Shown piece after piece: positions 1 to 13,267 of a stretch of DNA of 64,000 bases. Positions within the stretch are counted from its first letter, which is position 1. Every line of letters starts with the position of its first letter. The notes under the pieces are model-generated. The model made no database searches. It saw nothing but the letters and a program-made list of their open reading frames with translations, and was not told the origin of the DNA. Origin of the DNA: Octopus vulgaris. Lineage: Eukaryota. The stretch is taken from assembly GCA_951406725.2 (NCBI GenBank), contig OX597818.1, positions 22,382,001 through 22,446,000 on the forward strand, given 5' to 3'. The translations under genes were made by a program, and so were the position numbers.

Positions 1-1433
1 AAAGGAAAAACTACCACCAATGAAGTATATAGACATATATATGGACATATTTGACTTGACCTATCAACGCTCTGTAAGCCGGCCTGTCTTGCACGATCAA
101 ATCTCCAGGCCACGCAACTATTTCAGCAAGTCATTCACAGAAAATATTCATCAGATATAAAACCCACAGAGACAAAAATGTCAAATGGATGAGATGTTTA
201 CAGAACTGAAAAATTCTTTTGACTAGAAATGCCTATTTTGTAGAAGATAAACCCAGTTAAGGCGAGTTAAGAACGTAGCAATGTCATGATTATCGTACAA
301 ATTAACTGGTGCACAAACTGTCCAACGGCGTACCAATGCAGAAAAGCAAGTAATTTAATGTGTAAAAATAAAACCTGTATTTGGAGGAGCACATGACAAA
401 TACAACGCAGTAACACAGAGCGAGACTTTTTCGGATCAAATTCTGTCTTTTTTCCTCGTATAGATTTTATGAATATTTGTAATTTTTCCCCATGAGATAA
501 CGTAGTAATCTTTATCAGGTAAAAATTGTGAAAATTTTATGAACAGAATAGGAGCAATTAGTAGCGGTTACACTAACAACCGCAAGGTAAAATACTGTAT
601 ATCACATGCGAGTTGGAAAACCTCAATCAACTGGGATTACCCAAATCGGACAAAAACTCCCTAATGGAGATCAAAGTCTAAATACAAAGCGAGATAATGC
701 CAATAAATTCAATTGCTCTGAACAGAAAAAAGGGCAGCGTCAGTGGGAGGGGTAACCTTTATTGTATAAATTCTACCGATGTAACTAAAATCTAAGTAAT
801 TCGGGTGTTCTGTACCACTAAATAGATTGTAACAAATTTGACTAACCACTTCGCGAAGGCGATCGTTAGCTGCTCAAATTACTCGAAATTGGACAATACA
901 AAGAATGGGCTGAAAGAACGTTTGCACGTACCCGAGTCCTTACTGCAGATAGATTATTTTTTCCAACGCAGATCACTTCCACCAGCTCCTTCGGATTCCA
1001 GATTTTACTGTATTACAGTAAATTGCGACTTTCTCTTAATATTCATCATCTAACGCTTCTCAAGTTTTACTAATACACAAAAAGTATCTACATGTTCACA
1101 CACCGAATAAATCGTATTGACATCCCCCGTTCATCTCGATGACGCCTTGCACAGTTAACCGACATCTCTTCGATTTCTTGAACACAAACTAAATTCACAG
1201 CTTGCTGAAACCCGATTTTTTAAATGGAATATTTTAAATGGAATTCGTTTTTCTTTTATTTTTCATTTAGAGAAAATACATGATTCTGTATGAAATTAAG
1301 TAAAATTAAATACTTACAGGGAAGGCAACAAATGAGGTACGAATACTTTCACTAAAATAGTAAAAACTAATAGTAAATTCACAAATACACTTGAATCTTA
1401 AGCATCAGGGGAAATCTTGACAATGTTAAAATA

Positions 1434-2934
1434 TCAGGTTGGTGCAAAAGTGATGTCCGATTTCCAGAAAAAATGTTTGAGAGCGAATTTATCAATTTTT
1501 TAACCTCTTATAGTTTTAAGAGATCTCTGTGTCTAATTTGTACTATTTTCTTTCAGATTATCTAACTTCTGACCTTAATTCTCAGAAAATTTTACCACTA
1601 TGTTTGTCCCATTTAAAGATCACATAAGAAATATTTTACTCTACAAGTTTCATAAAGATGTTAATGCAAGTGTGGCAGCAAGATCCATTCAGAGCACTTA
1701 TGGGGACGATGAAGTGAATGAAAGAATGCAGGAGGTGGTTTTCCCGCTTCCGAAGTAGCGATTTCACTTTGAAAGAGGACCCGAAAGAAGGTCGTCCAAA
1801 AAAACTTGATTCCGAAATGTTGGAAGCTCTTGTTTCAGAGAATCCGACCGTTACCACCAGGGAACTTTCAGAACAGTTAAACGTGGCCCATACAACCGTA
1901 TACGCCTGCTAAAACACATTGGAAAGGTTTCAGTGTCTGGAAAATGTGTCCCTCACGAGCTGTCTCCATAGAATCGACAACAGTGTGCTGCTTGTTGTCA
2001 ATCATTGCTTTCGCGACACTTTCAAGCAACATTTTTAGACAAGTTTGTTACAGATGATGAGTGGATTCTTTAATTATTTATGCGCCCTTTCCAAGCCTAG
2101 CCAGGCTCATGGGCCCGGTTTCCCGGTTTCTATGGCGTACGTGTTCCTCGCAGCTGGACGGGACACCAGTCCATCGCAGCGTTACTCAAGAAACAGGAAG
2201 AGCGAAAGAGTACAATAGGGGTCGCCTCCCCCCCTGCCGGAGCATCGTGGAGCTTTAGGTGTTTTCGCTCAATAAACACAACGCCCGGTCTGAGAATCGA
2301 AACCACGATCCTCCGACCGCGAGTCCGCTGCGCTAACCACTGGGACATTGCGCCTCCAAGTGGATTCTTTACCATAACGTTAAACGCCGCCGTTTTTGGA
2401 TCAGTCGAAGAGAACGGCCAGTTCAACAATCGAGAGCTATGGTGGGATATTAAAGGAGTAATTATGAACTGTTGGACAACAACCAAAACAATGCTAACCA
2501 TTACTGTGAGCAACTTCGTCGTTTGAAAACAGTTCTGAGCCTAAAGCGAGCATCCTTGGTTAACAGAAATGGTGTCATCTTCCATCACGATAATGCTCGT
2601 CCTCACACAGCTCAACTGACCAAAACTCGCCTGGAAGTACTTGGTTGGGAAAATACTGCCTCATCTTCCTGGCCTTGCTCCTGATTACCATTTGTTCCGA
2701 GGACTACAGAAACATTTTGATGGACTTGAAAAGAGATTGAAAATGAGTTGATTCATATTTTGGTTCTAAATCTACAGAATTTTACAAGCGAGGCATCTAT
2801 AAGGTTGTTGAAAGATGGAATGAGGTCATTCAAAGCAATGGAGAGTATGTTAATGAATAAATATTTCTATAGTCATTGGCTTATTCATTTAACCTTAGAT
2901 CTTTAAATCGGACATTACTTTTGTACTAACCTGA
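1434..2934 (+). mobile_element. Decayed mariner DNA transposon interrupted by a SINE
   Basis: TIRs TCAGGTTGGTGCAAAAGTGATGTCCGATTT / AAATCGGACATTACTTTTGTACTAACCTGA with TA TSDs. Frameshifted transposase pieces: WFSRFRSSDFTLKEDPKEGRP, VPHEL, HDNARPH, DYHLF. Confidence 0.93.
2073..2358 (-). mobile_element. tRNA-derived SINE nested in the mariner
   Basis: Head TGGAGGCGCAATG..CAGTGGTTAG..GGTTTCGATTC (A/B-box-like); 13-bp TSD AGTGGATTCTTTA (2060-2072, 2359-2371). Related copies at ~19783-20084 (+), ~33997-34258 (-), ~39521-39819 (-). Confidence 0.88.
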
Positions 2935-3029
2935 TATAATCACGTGTTTTCTTAGAATTCAATGCAAGCCTAGGAAGTGTGGTATTTATGTCTAATCTAC
3001 CTAAATATTACCTTTAACAAAGCAATCAC

Positions 3030-3245
3030 TTGGGAAATACAAAAAATATAAAAATGACATCAGCAAAAAAAAGAATACCTTAGGAATGAGAACAGAGTAC
3101 CCATTAGTCAAAGGGTTGAATTCGAAATTCCATCAGAACACCCGATGAAGGTTGGAGAGTACATAAGCCGAAACATAACAAGGGGAGGACATCTATCCGT
3201 CCATTGTAAATATACATAATTGCTCCTCTCAAAAATATAGAATAA
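3030..3245 (+). mobile_element. Possible Penelope-like pseudo-LTR remnant
   Basis: Degenerate hammerhead-like core CCGATGAAGG...CCGAAAC at ~3142-3175; boundaries approximate. Confidence 0.35.
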
Positions 3246-6200
3246 ATATAGGAGTCAAAACCCTCTCAATTTAGAGGCTTTGGTGCTCATTCGTCAATGA
3301 TTCTTAGTTACAGATCAGGGAATCCTTCAGTGTTGATGGAACGTCAATTAGACATTGACAATATTTGCTATTGACCATTGATTATGGTATGTCTAAATCA
3401 GCCGCTATTCCTAAAAAAAAACAAAAAAAAAACTCGATACTTGATGCAAAATAACTGCATCATTATAATGTTCATTTATTGCTCCTTATAAGTGGTCCTC
3501 ACTAGTTATTAACCAACCTTGTTAGCCACGCAAGTAGTTCTTACGATACTACAATAACTATAGTTGGCTTCATGACATTTCATGTGAAGACATCATCTAG
3601 CGATGGTTATGCATTAAGAGGTTTATCACTCCCTAGGTTTAACTGGCACGCCACTGATTAAGCCATTCGAATTAAGAGAGCAAAAAAAGCAAAGGATTGG
3701 ACTTGTGGGTCACAGGCCACACAATACACAAGAGTGTCAGAAATATAAGAACTAAAATAGGTCATGTGAATATTAAAATTATTCCAGCTATATCACCTCC
3801 ATCCCACTCAAGTTTAAAATAATTGTCGAATCATGTTATTGAAAATATATAAATTCGCTATCTACTGCAATTAATAACTCCACGAGCCAAGGAGAGAGCC
3901 TATCCATGCTAGAAATAGCTACATTTCCGAGATAAAACAAAGAATGGACACGGTGGATAAAGTCTTAGATACACTGCTAGTAGATAGATGAAAAAAAAAA
4001 TCTGCTTCATCTGATCCGAGCTAAACAATATCTAGTGCTGAAGTTATCTAAGAAAATAGCTTAATTTTAATTTCGTGAGCAAGTCCCTTGGAAATCAAAA
4101 TTTAGATACAGATTACAACACCATCCTGTTTATATTTGTGAAGTTCAGTATATGTCATCGTTGATAAATATTTTACATATACCCGAGTTCATACTGGTGT
4201 TTAATGAAAAGTGATGCCTGATTTAGAATAATTATGTTCAAAAGGCATTCCAGGCCTAACCAGTTTTTTGTAGTACAGACTATGCTATTGTATCCTTTCA
4301 AGACGGCAGGGTGTGATTTGAAATTTAGTTGCTTTATCTAGCAGATCACGCGATCAGATTTCTTCGTTGGTTCGTATTTATGTTTATATTTACTATGTGG
4401 TACGTTAGACATTTGTCAAAATATGAACCATGAAGCCCAAACCACATTCGCACACGATTGTGAGTGACTTGGTAACATGTAACAGGCTTTCACCGACTGT
4501 TTTAGGCGCCTGTATAGTCATGAGCCGGCACGAACCCTCTCGGCCCTCCTACATTTGACCAGTGGAAAAACGAGTGTGATGTTGGGGAAGCAAGCAAAAA
4601 TCTACCAGAACAAACGAGCGTCTAAAGTTAACTAAAAACCCGCGGAGAGATGAGTAATTTATGTTCATGGCTTTTCCCAAACATCACCATCAACGCCACT
4701 TAAAAAATTTCAATACGGTTTCAAATCTGAATACCCTGGATTTTAATCTGTATACTCTCCTTTAAATTTTTTTTTATTTTAGTAGAAAGACAGGTCACTA
4801 AGGATGGGAGGTGGGGGCACCATAGAGAAATGGGTTAGCAAGTTTCCCTACTGTGTGCACTCCATCTTAACCACTTGATTTAAGAAATCAAATGAAATCT
4901 CTAGCTTTCCTGTAATATTAAAACAAATACAATAGATTAAACGTACTTGGAGGGGTTTATAAAATATTAGGATAACAATACAAAGAATAGCCTGAGAACA
5001 TTTGCTGATACTCAACTAGATTTGAATTCGCAAGAAATCCCTATTTTTAGGACAAATCCAATAAATTTTTGATATGGAGATCAATTCTATTACATGAACC
5101 CCAGTACTCAACTGATATTTTATCGACTCCGAAAGTACGAAAGGCAAAGTCGACTTTGGTGCAATTTGAATTCAGAACCGGAAGAAACGGTGCTAAGCAT
5201 TGTATCCGGCGCTCTGACGATTCTGCCAGCAAAGAAAAAATAGAAAATGTATAAAATATTTTAAATGAATTTGCATTCAAAATCTTTTCAGAGATTTCAC
5301 AGGCCAAGTCTTATGTACTATGATCAAGGCGAATACAGCTCACTCAGCTATGTAAATTTAAGATCATAGATATAAATTACTCACGAAGACTCGCTGAAAA
5401 GTTAAATGGACGATATATGTTGGGTCACAAACGTACTCGATTCTGACCAGACTATCGCGACGACACAAGTCGACAGAAAAGAATTTAGTGCTGCCCCCCA
5501 GCCCCCGAAATTCAATGTAGTCACAAAGCATTTTATCGCGTTGTATTCAGATGGTTACTTCCAACAATTATTTGCTCATTCCACAGTATTGATTTCTGAC
5601 AAACACTGATCTACATTTGGAGGTGTATAGTCAATTACATCTCAAGTGGTTACCTAAAACGTTGACTGACATTAAGCTTAATTTCTTTGTATCACATTAA
5701 GCAAAGAAAAAATGCATAGTTGCATGTATAAGACAAACCTAAGTCGCCTAAATTAGGATGTGATAGTCCGTACGAAAAACCATTGAAGATCGTCATAATT
5801 ATAGGACAACCTCAGAAAAAGACTCATTTGACAGAGAGAAGCTCTTATGGTCAAATGCGTGTTAGTGTTCCCTTCACTGAACATCTGCACTATAGCCATC
5901 TCTGCCGAATTGACAACGTAACATGACTTCAGACATGTTAAGACGAACAGTCATAATTGTCGCAGTTGGTAACAAGTTACATTTATCGTACGTGTCAGAA
6001 ATCAAATTTAAAAAAATTAAAAAAAACTCCCATCCGTCATCACTCTCACTCAGTTCTCAACACTAACTGTAGTGGATTCTGTAAAATAAAAATAAGATTT
6101 TATGGAATTGTAATTAAATCAGTACCGACTACAGTCAATAGCAATATAGATTCGTAAGAAAAAAGGAAAACGGCAATTCACTAGGCAACTGAAAAGAGAG

Positions 6201-8800
6201 ACTCTATAAGTAAGCCTATGGTCACAAAGTCTAATTTTTTGGAGGAGGGTCACATCGACTCCAGTACTCAACTGGTATTTTATTGACCCCGAAAGAATAA
6301 AAGAAAAAGTCGACCTCGGCTGTATTTGAACAGAACGTAAAGATAGAAATGCCGCAAAGCATTTTGCCTGGCCTGCTAACGATTCTGCCAGCTCGCCGCT
6401 TTATATTCAGTTAATGTAGAAAAATCTAACTTCGGAAGAAAGTAAGCATTACCTGTATAGGAAACCTTTTTTAACGGTCTAGTTGTAGGTTGAAAGAACA
6501 TTAGCTTAGACTGAATATTGGCAAGAGTGGCGAATTTATTTGCACACCCGCATGTTTGTTAGTTACATTCGTAACTGATAAAATATAAAAATATATAGGA
6601 ATAGTTACAGAATTATAAGTTATGGAGAGTCCTGATGATTGGGGCTGCAGTTAAGACATGTTTCTGAAAAAGACTGAGGGTCTCGAGAACGTTAAACGCA
6701 CCTCATGAAACATGTGTAGAAGAGAAATTTGGAACTGAAATAAGTATTAAAATAAAATTCTATGATATGGTGTGATGTACATTAGGATTTGATGAATTGC
6801 ATGGGGACTTCTATCTCTAAATGACATTTTCTTATCAAGAAAAATTCAATTTATTTGAATCCGTGACGCCGGAATTTTTATTCCCTAATTATACATATAT
6901 AATTAACATGGTCACCTTTGTAGAGAGTAGGGATTTACATTTGGTCACTGTACCAGTCTTACAGAATATTCAGGTTAAGTAGAGTAGCAGTTCAGTATGG
7001 GAACTAGAATTTCTGAAAACCTTCGGGAAGCATCATTTTCAGTTATTTACCTGCTATTTATGAACTGGACAGAATCCTTTGAGCTAGTTTTTAAAGAAGC
7101 TACTTACATCAATAAGGTGCCACCAGAATAGATGAGGACAGTCATGGATCAACACTACAGAACTCGTTTCGAAGAGCGGCCAACCAGAGTCGCATCATTT
7201 TAACAATAACAAAAAAAAAAAACAAAAAAAAACCCAAAAAAAACTAACGTACTGCAATAAATTCGAGATTCAATGACCAAGAGTTTACCAACGATATGAA
7301 AACTTATAGGAACCGGAGTATAGCGTCAAGAAGCTATGTAAGAAACTCGATTTCACCTTTTGACAATCTCCAAATTGTAGCGAAGACATTGAAATTGATT
7401 TACATATGCTCTAGACTCGGTAAATGTACCGTAGCAATGTTATACAGTAAAGAAAAATCTAAGTAGTGACAAACGAACATTACACATGCATAACATTTCT
7501 GAAGTATTCCTTCTCAAAGGGTTCACTGAATTAAGATGTATAGCGACAAAAAAAATCTTTCAGTTAAATTAGTGTATAGTCCATAATATAGCTAGAAATA
7601 CAGCTAGGGAAAAAGACGATGTTAGTAAACTGATTATTTCCATTTTCAGCAAAGCACGGGAAATACCTTTGAACAGGTTTTTGAAAGGTTCTTAGCTCTT
7701 CAGCTAAATATAAGTAGCTTAATTAGTGCAGTGGTGGCGAATAAAAAAAAATCACTAAATATACAATTTTGCACATGCATATTCTAATGTTTGGATATCG
7801 TCGATTGAGTTATAGTAGAAATAAAAATCTGACAAGCCATGACATATTGCAAGAACCGATAAGTTTTAGTATTTGAGTTTTGCAAACTGCGTCAAGCCAT
7901 CAAATTGGTTAATCTATAGCCGATGTCACTGGAAGCTACAGTTTGTTACCAAATTCTCAATCTGCAAAGTTTAGACAAAATAGATTATAAGAATGTTTAG
8001 CAGGTATAAACTTTAAACAATTTTAGATATAAATAAAATGAAATCGAAGCCAAATTTACCTCCTGATTATCATCTTATGAAATATTTCTAACATGAGTAT
8101 AACTTATTTTCTCTGTTGGGGGATTTTAACCGAGTTACTTAATGATTTCTTTTTGCTTAGGCACGAAAGCATTATTTTTGTGTTATAGAAAGAACAGAGT
8201 TTCACTCTTCCTAAAAGGAATTAACAGTGGAGAATCAGTCATGTAAACTTGCACCAAACGCGAAACGAAGTTGTGCCTCCAGAAAGTACACTTGCTGCAC
8301 CATGTTCGATTTAACTTTCGACTAAATATAGTTAAACTTGTACTATTTATATAGGAACTGCACAGAGTACATATATTAAGATGCAAAAATTTGTAAGAAT
8401 AAATGCAAGAAAGTAGTTTTGATTAAACAAAAACGAGTAAATATATATATAAAAAAAAACTGACCGAATAGTGGTGGTTTCAAATAGCAGACGTGTAACC
8501 GGAACAATTTGAAATTACATTAATTCTACTGAATTTTTGGAGGGAGGGTGCGAGTTTGAAAATTAAATGTTTTTATATCAATGTAAATATGATCATTGAC
8601 GCAGTTTCAATTCCTGGTTCAAAATAGTTTCTATCACTGGAATGAAAGATTTTAAATTAAAAAAGATATTACAAACATAGACGACAGAAACAGACAATTG
8701 ATGTGGGATGTTATAAAAAAAAAAAAAAAAAAATACCCCACTTATTTTGAGTTAATAGCGAGGTGCCCAGGATCCTAGATAATTATTTTGTTCACTTACA

Positions 8801-8850
<50 letters not shown>

Positions 8851-10695
8851 TGTAATTGGATGAAACTGCTTAGCTGTTAAATTTTGCCGTTGTAGGGGAG
8901 CAGGACAAGAACATCTTGATACCGAAATAGTGATATCAAATTATTTCAGCGCAGTTTAGGACAGTTGATAGCTTTCACTGGTTATGGCTTCATATTCCTA
9001 TAGGAAAGAACCAGCTTAAAATCCTACGAGAACTGAAGGGATAGCACAACGGGCAATTAAAAGGTATTGCATGAGCAAAGACAAAAGTAGAATCCTTGTT
9101 AACGCATGGAGATAATGTATTAGTGTCATTAAATGAAGACATTACCACAAATTACAATATCCCGGTATTCAGCTGCTGTGCAGTGATCAGAAAGGACCAC
9201 GGAACAATGTATTTGGTGTAGTGTTGCTCGTTTAGTCCAACTATGTACTACAGTATTGAACATGGTGTACATATAGTTGTGAACTGAGACTGGTATAATG
9301 CAATGTAGCATGAAATAAATATTGGTGCAGAGAATAAAATATTTCCAAACTGTTGTAACAGAGGAATTGTAGAAAGGTGATTTGCAATAAGCCAGCAGAT
9401 ATGCAGCCTGAAGAAACAGTTTTTCGTGAAAGAGCGTGGTAGAATTTACAAACAAATCTGAACAGCAAAAATTGGCAGCACAGTGGGGCATAATCAACTG
9501 TTTTCGCGTAGAACGAACTTGCTTCACGGTGGAACGTAACAAAAAGGTACGAGATCTAAGTAGATCAAAGCATTAACAATCCATTGTGCAGACGCCGGAT
9601 GACATTCTGAACCGGGGTAGATCCAATGTAAGGTAACGACGAACTGGTCCAACGACTCAATGATAAACGTTTACGGTAGTAATTTTAAACCAACAATAGT
9701 AAAATGGTTCAGTGGAGTAGTTTAGTTCAATAATTAGTGTGGTTTGACGGTTGCAATGCTAAGCTTATGACTGCCCATGAAAAATGACAGCGTGAATCCA
9801 GGGCATTATCCTCCTCCAGTACATTACTTCTAATAGGAGCGGATGCGACTGACAAGACCGATACGGGAGGGCACTGAAGGCAACACCAAACAACGGCCTG
9901 TTGATGACGTCTTTCTTCGTGCATTCGGTTTCAAAGGGAACTATTCCAGCATCACACACGGACTTCCATACCTTCTGATTAACAGTCAACGCCTTCAGCC
10001 GATTGGGAGGGACACTGCATGGAACGAGAGACCACGACAATGGTGGGATAACCAAGAGAGCTGGCATAACAGTTCTTCAGTGACAAACAGAAATGGGGTG
10101 GTGGTAGTGCACTGGATAAATTACAACAGCATTAATGTCATAAGACAAAACAGACGCAACACTGCAGAAATGACAGTACAGTAGGGACACATAGCACGCA
10201 GAATTAATGTTGGTACAGCAGAATTGGTGGTGCAGGAGTTGCGAAGAGATATTACAGAAATTGTGGTTCTGGTAACGCTATAACAAGGAAGCTCAAAGCA
10301 GTAAACGTAGTTCAGTGAAAAATTAATCCAAAAACGTAGTAACCGCTTTCACTGAGGACTTAAGTATCTATCAAAAAGGAAAACGGTTGTAATTTCACGT
10401 CCCCGCCCCACATCTCAAACAAAGTCTGCCGATTTTTTTTTTTTTTTTTTAACATTTGATTTATATAAATAAAAGACAAAAGAAAAAACACGTGATTGTT
10501 TGGGGCTAAAGACGGTGGCGGGGGAAGATGTTGCATCGTCGGTTAATCTTGGACGAATTTATTTAGAGAAATTATTCCGAAATGAAAAGCGGCGTGTCAG
10601 ACAAAATGCTTAGCAATATTTCTTCCGATTCGTTATGTTCTGGGTTCGGATCCTGTCGAGATGAACTTTGTCTTTCGGAGTCGGTAAAATAAGTT

Positions 10696-11870
10696 AATTT
10701 TTATTGCCCACAAGGGGCCGACATAGAGGGGACAATACAAGGACATGTAGGGACTTATAACAAATTAAAAGAAGAAACAAAACCGTATGTTACAATGAAT
10801 GACAAAATGAAAATGAGAAATGAAATGAAGTTTTCTCAGCCACACCTCAGAGTTACTTAATTTTTACCTTTGTTCATGTTTTCTTTTTGTACTTGGTGCC
10901 TTCCAAGATGTCAGTAACTGCATGTAATCCATGTTCCATGGGAATTTTTCAATGTCTAGTTCGACTTCCCACATTTTAAATCCATCTTTGAGTTTTTTAA
11001 CTTTTTCTTTCTGGGCCTCGTCCAACAACAGGCAGCAATGCTACCCTTGCACATTGTCAAACTTGCGAGTGTCCACCACTCTTATCTTCTCCCCCATTTT
11101 TATCTCCTCATACAAGCCCTTATTGGTATTGTGATACATAACCGCAAAGTTGCTTTTTTTTCTTTTTTTTTTCGGGAGGTGAGGAGGTTGAACGGCTTGT
11201 GTCTGAATGTATTTGTGTTGGGTGGGGGGTGGGTAGGTTCAGTGTCTGTAGGGAGCGGGTGAGAGGAAGAGGGTGTGGTTGTGTATTTGTTTTACCTGAT
11301 TTCTTCCTTTTTCTTTTTCTTTTCTTGCCTTTATTCACACATTCGCCTTCTGTTCCGTTTTCTTCTGTTTCTGCTGGAGGTGGTGGTATTTTTTTCTTTT
11401 TCTCTTGTCGGTTCTTCTTTTCTCTTTTTGTCTTGTAGAGGGCAGTTTGCTCTAATGTGGGCTTTCTGGCCACACTTGTAGCATCTGGGAATCCTGCCCT
11501 CTACTTTAGCTACCATTATTATATCGTCAAATGCTATTGTTTCTGGCAATTCTTCTATTATTTCTTTCGGTCCTTGTATCACCATGTTTAGGGATTGACC
11601 TTTCCAGTTTCTTGTTTCTGTCTTAGTGGCCTGGAGAACCGCTATCTCTTCCTCGTTATCGAGCAAGACAGCGGCTGCTATCCAGGCTACGTCGACGTCT
11701 TCCGGGGTCCCCTCTACCCTGACCCTTATGGCACGCCTTCCCCGATATATCGGCAACATCACCACTTCATCGGTTTTTAGGGTTGTTGTCGCGTTCAAAT
11801 TTACTACTGTTGCATCCCTAAATCGAACTTCAGTTGTCCAAATTTACTTTCTCTGGTTAGATACTTGATT
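10696..11870 (-). mobile_element. Decayed non-LTR retroelement with Gag-like ORF1 (CCHC zinc knuckle) and no ORF2
   Basis: ORF 11331..11798 contains CYKCGQKAHIRANC. The frame continues through poly-A frameshifts and one internal stop to TAA at 10864-10866. 3' tail at ~10696-10745. Confidence 0.75.
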
Positions 11871-11889
11871 TCCTTCCAGACTGGCCTTA

Positions 11890-12184
11890 GTGCTTTCTCC
11901 GATGCTAGCGCCGCCTTGACTGGCTTCTGTGCCTGTGGCACGTAAAAAGCACCAACGGATCGTGGCCGTCGCCAGCCTCGCCTGGCACCTGTGCCGGTGG
12001 CACGTAAAAAGCGTCCACTGCACTCACGGAGTGGTTGGCGTTAGGAAGGGCATCCAGCTGTAGAAACTCTGCCAGATCAGATTGGAGCCTGGTGCAGCCT
12101 TCTGGCTTCCCAGATCCCGGTCGAACCGTCCAACCCATGCTAGCATGGAATACGGATGTTAGACGATGATAATGATGATGATGA
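11890..12184 (+). mobile_element. Retroposon family with internal GTGCC-GGT-GGCACGTAAAAAGCACC tandem units and (GAT)n tail
   Basis: Near-identical copies at ~33205-33636 (+), ~44992-45298 (-), ~46660-46995 (+), ~48081-48320 (-), ~55450-55652 (+). Confidence 0.8.
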
Positions 12185-12689
12185 CACACACACGCGCGCG
12201 CGCACACACACACACACACGCACACACACACACACACACAGAGCACTGTTGTTTCTCCAAATTCTGTCTTAGGGCCTTATATAACTGCAATTAAGACTTA
12301 TATAGTGCAAATGGATTTATTTTTTTCATACCAATATATTAAGACATTGCAAGGGAGGTTATTAACGGTGAGCAATATATATAATAATGAACCCTCTCGT
12401 CGAAGACTATGTATGATTGGTCAGCATTTGCCAATCGACCTGCACAAATGATTTGTTTATAGAGATCAAATGTTCGTGCCCCACATTAACTCACTCTCTC
12501 CATCAAATCAACGTTGTCTGAACAGGTGCATGGTATAGCAACACGTTGAAATGATTGCAGAGTAACGTGAGATAAAATGTTTTGCTCAAGAACACAGCGC
12601 ACCACCCGGTCCAGGGATTGAAATCACGATTGTTAGTACAACACCCTAAACACTAGGCCATGCACCCTCACGAACGCCATGATAGATCG

Positions 12690-12859
12690 TTAGCCACTAC
12701 ACACATTTTTTTCTCTCCTTGTTTTCTGCGTCCCTTTCTGTAGAAGAGCGTAGGCTTAAAACTTAAAATACTTTTTCTATTCCTGAGCGTTATACTAATA
12801 CATCTGTTTGTTTGGTACACCACCTGTCTTCGTCTTTTGTTGTTTTTTTCATAAACTCT

Positions 12860-12863
<4 letters not shown>
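12690..12863 (+). mobile_element. Penelope-like pseudo-LTR fragment (copy 1)
   Basis: Direct-repeat homolog of 13780-13938 and of ~59400-59545 (-). Degenerate hammerhead core GAAGAGCGTAGGCT..AAAC; followed by (TA)n. Confidence 0.55.
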
Positions 12864-12898
<35 letters not shown>

Positions 12899-13267
12899 AA
12901 ATAGTATATTATATATGCATTCCTAATTATGCATAGTATATATGTATGAATCTATGTATGCATGTTTTTTTGTTGTTGTTGTGTGTGTATAATTTCCAGG
13001 ATTCAAGAGAATCAGGTACTTAAATAGTGAAAGCACCAATGTTAGGTCAGTGATTGCGTTATCGTGTACAAGGAATATTTAAAGATAAATACATACTTAC
13101 TAAAGTAAACACAGATTTGTATTCTGGTTATGCATACATTCACAAATGGCCGACTGAATACACAACAAGTCATCAAGGTCACACACGGGTACACTCATTG
13201 CACCACTGTCTATACACCCTAGATCCAAACGGATTGCAGGTTCCATGTTAGGTGAAGTATAAACAAA

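Noticed and set aside
1718-2860. Functional or domesticated mariner transposase (likewise Tc1 16883-17880)
   Set aside because: Multiple stops and frameshifts, plus a SINE insertion in the mariner
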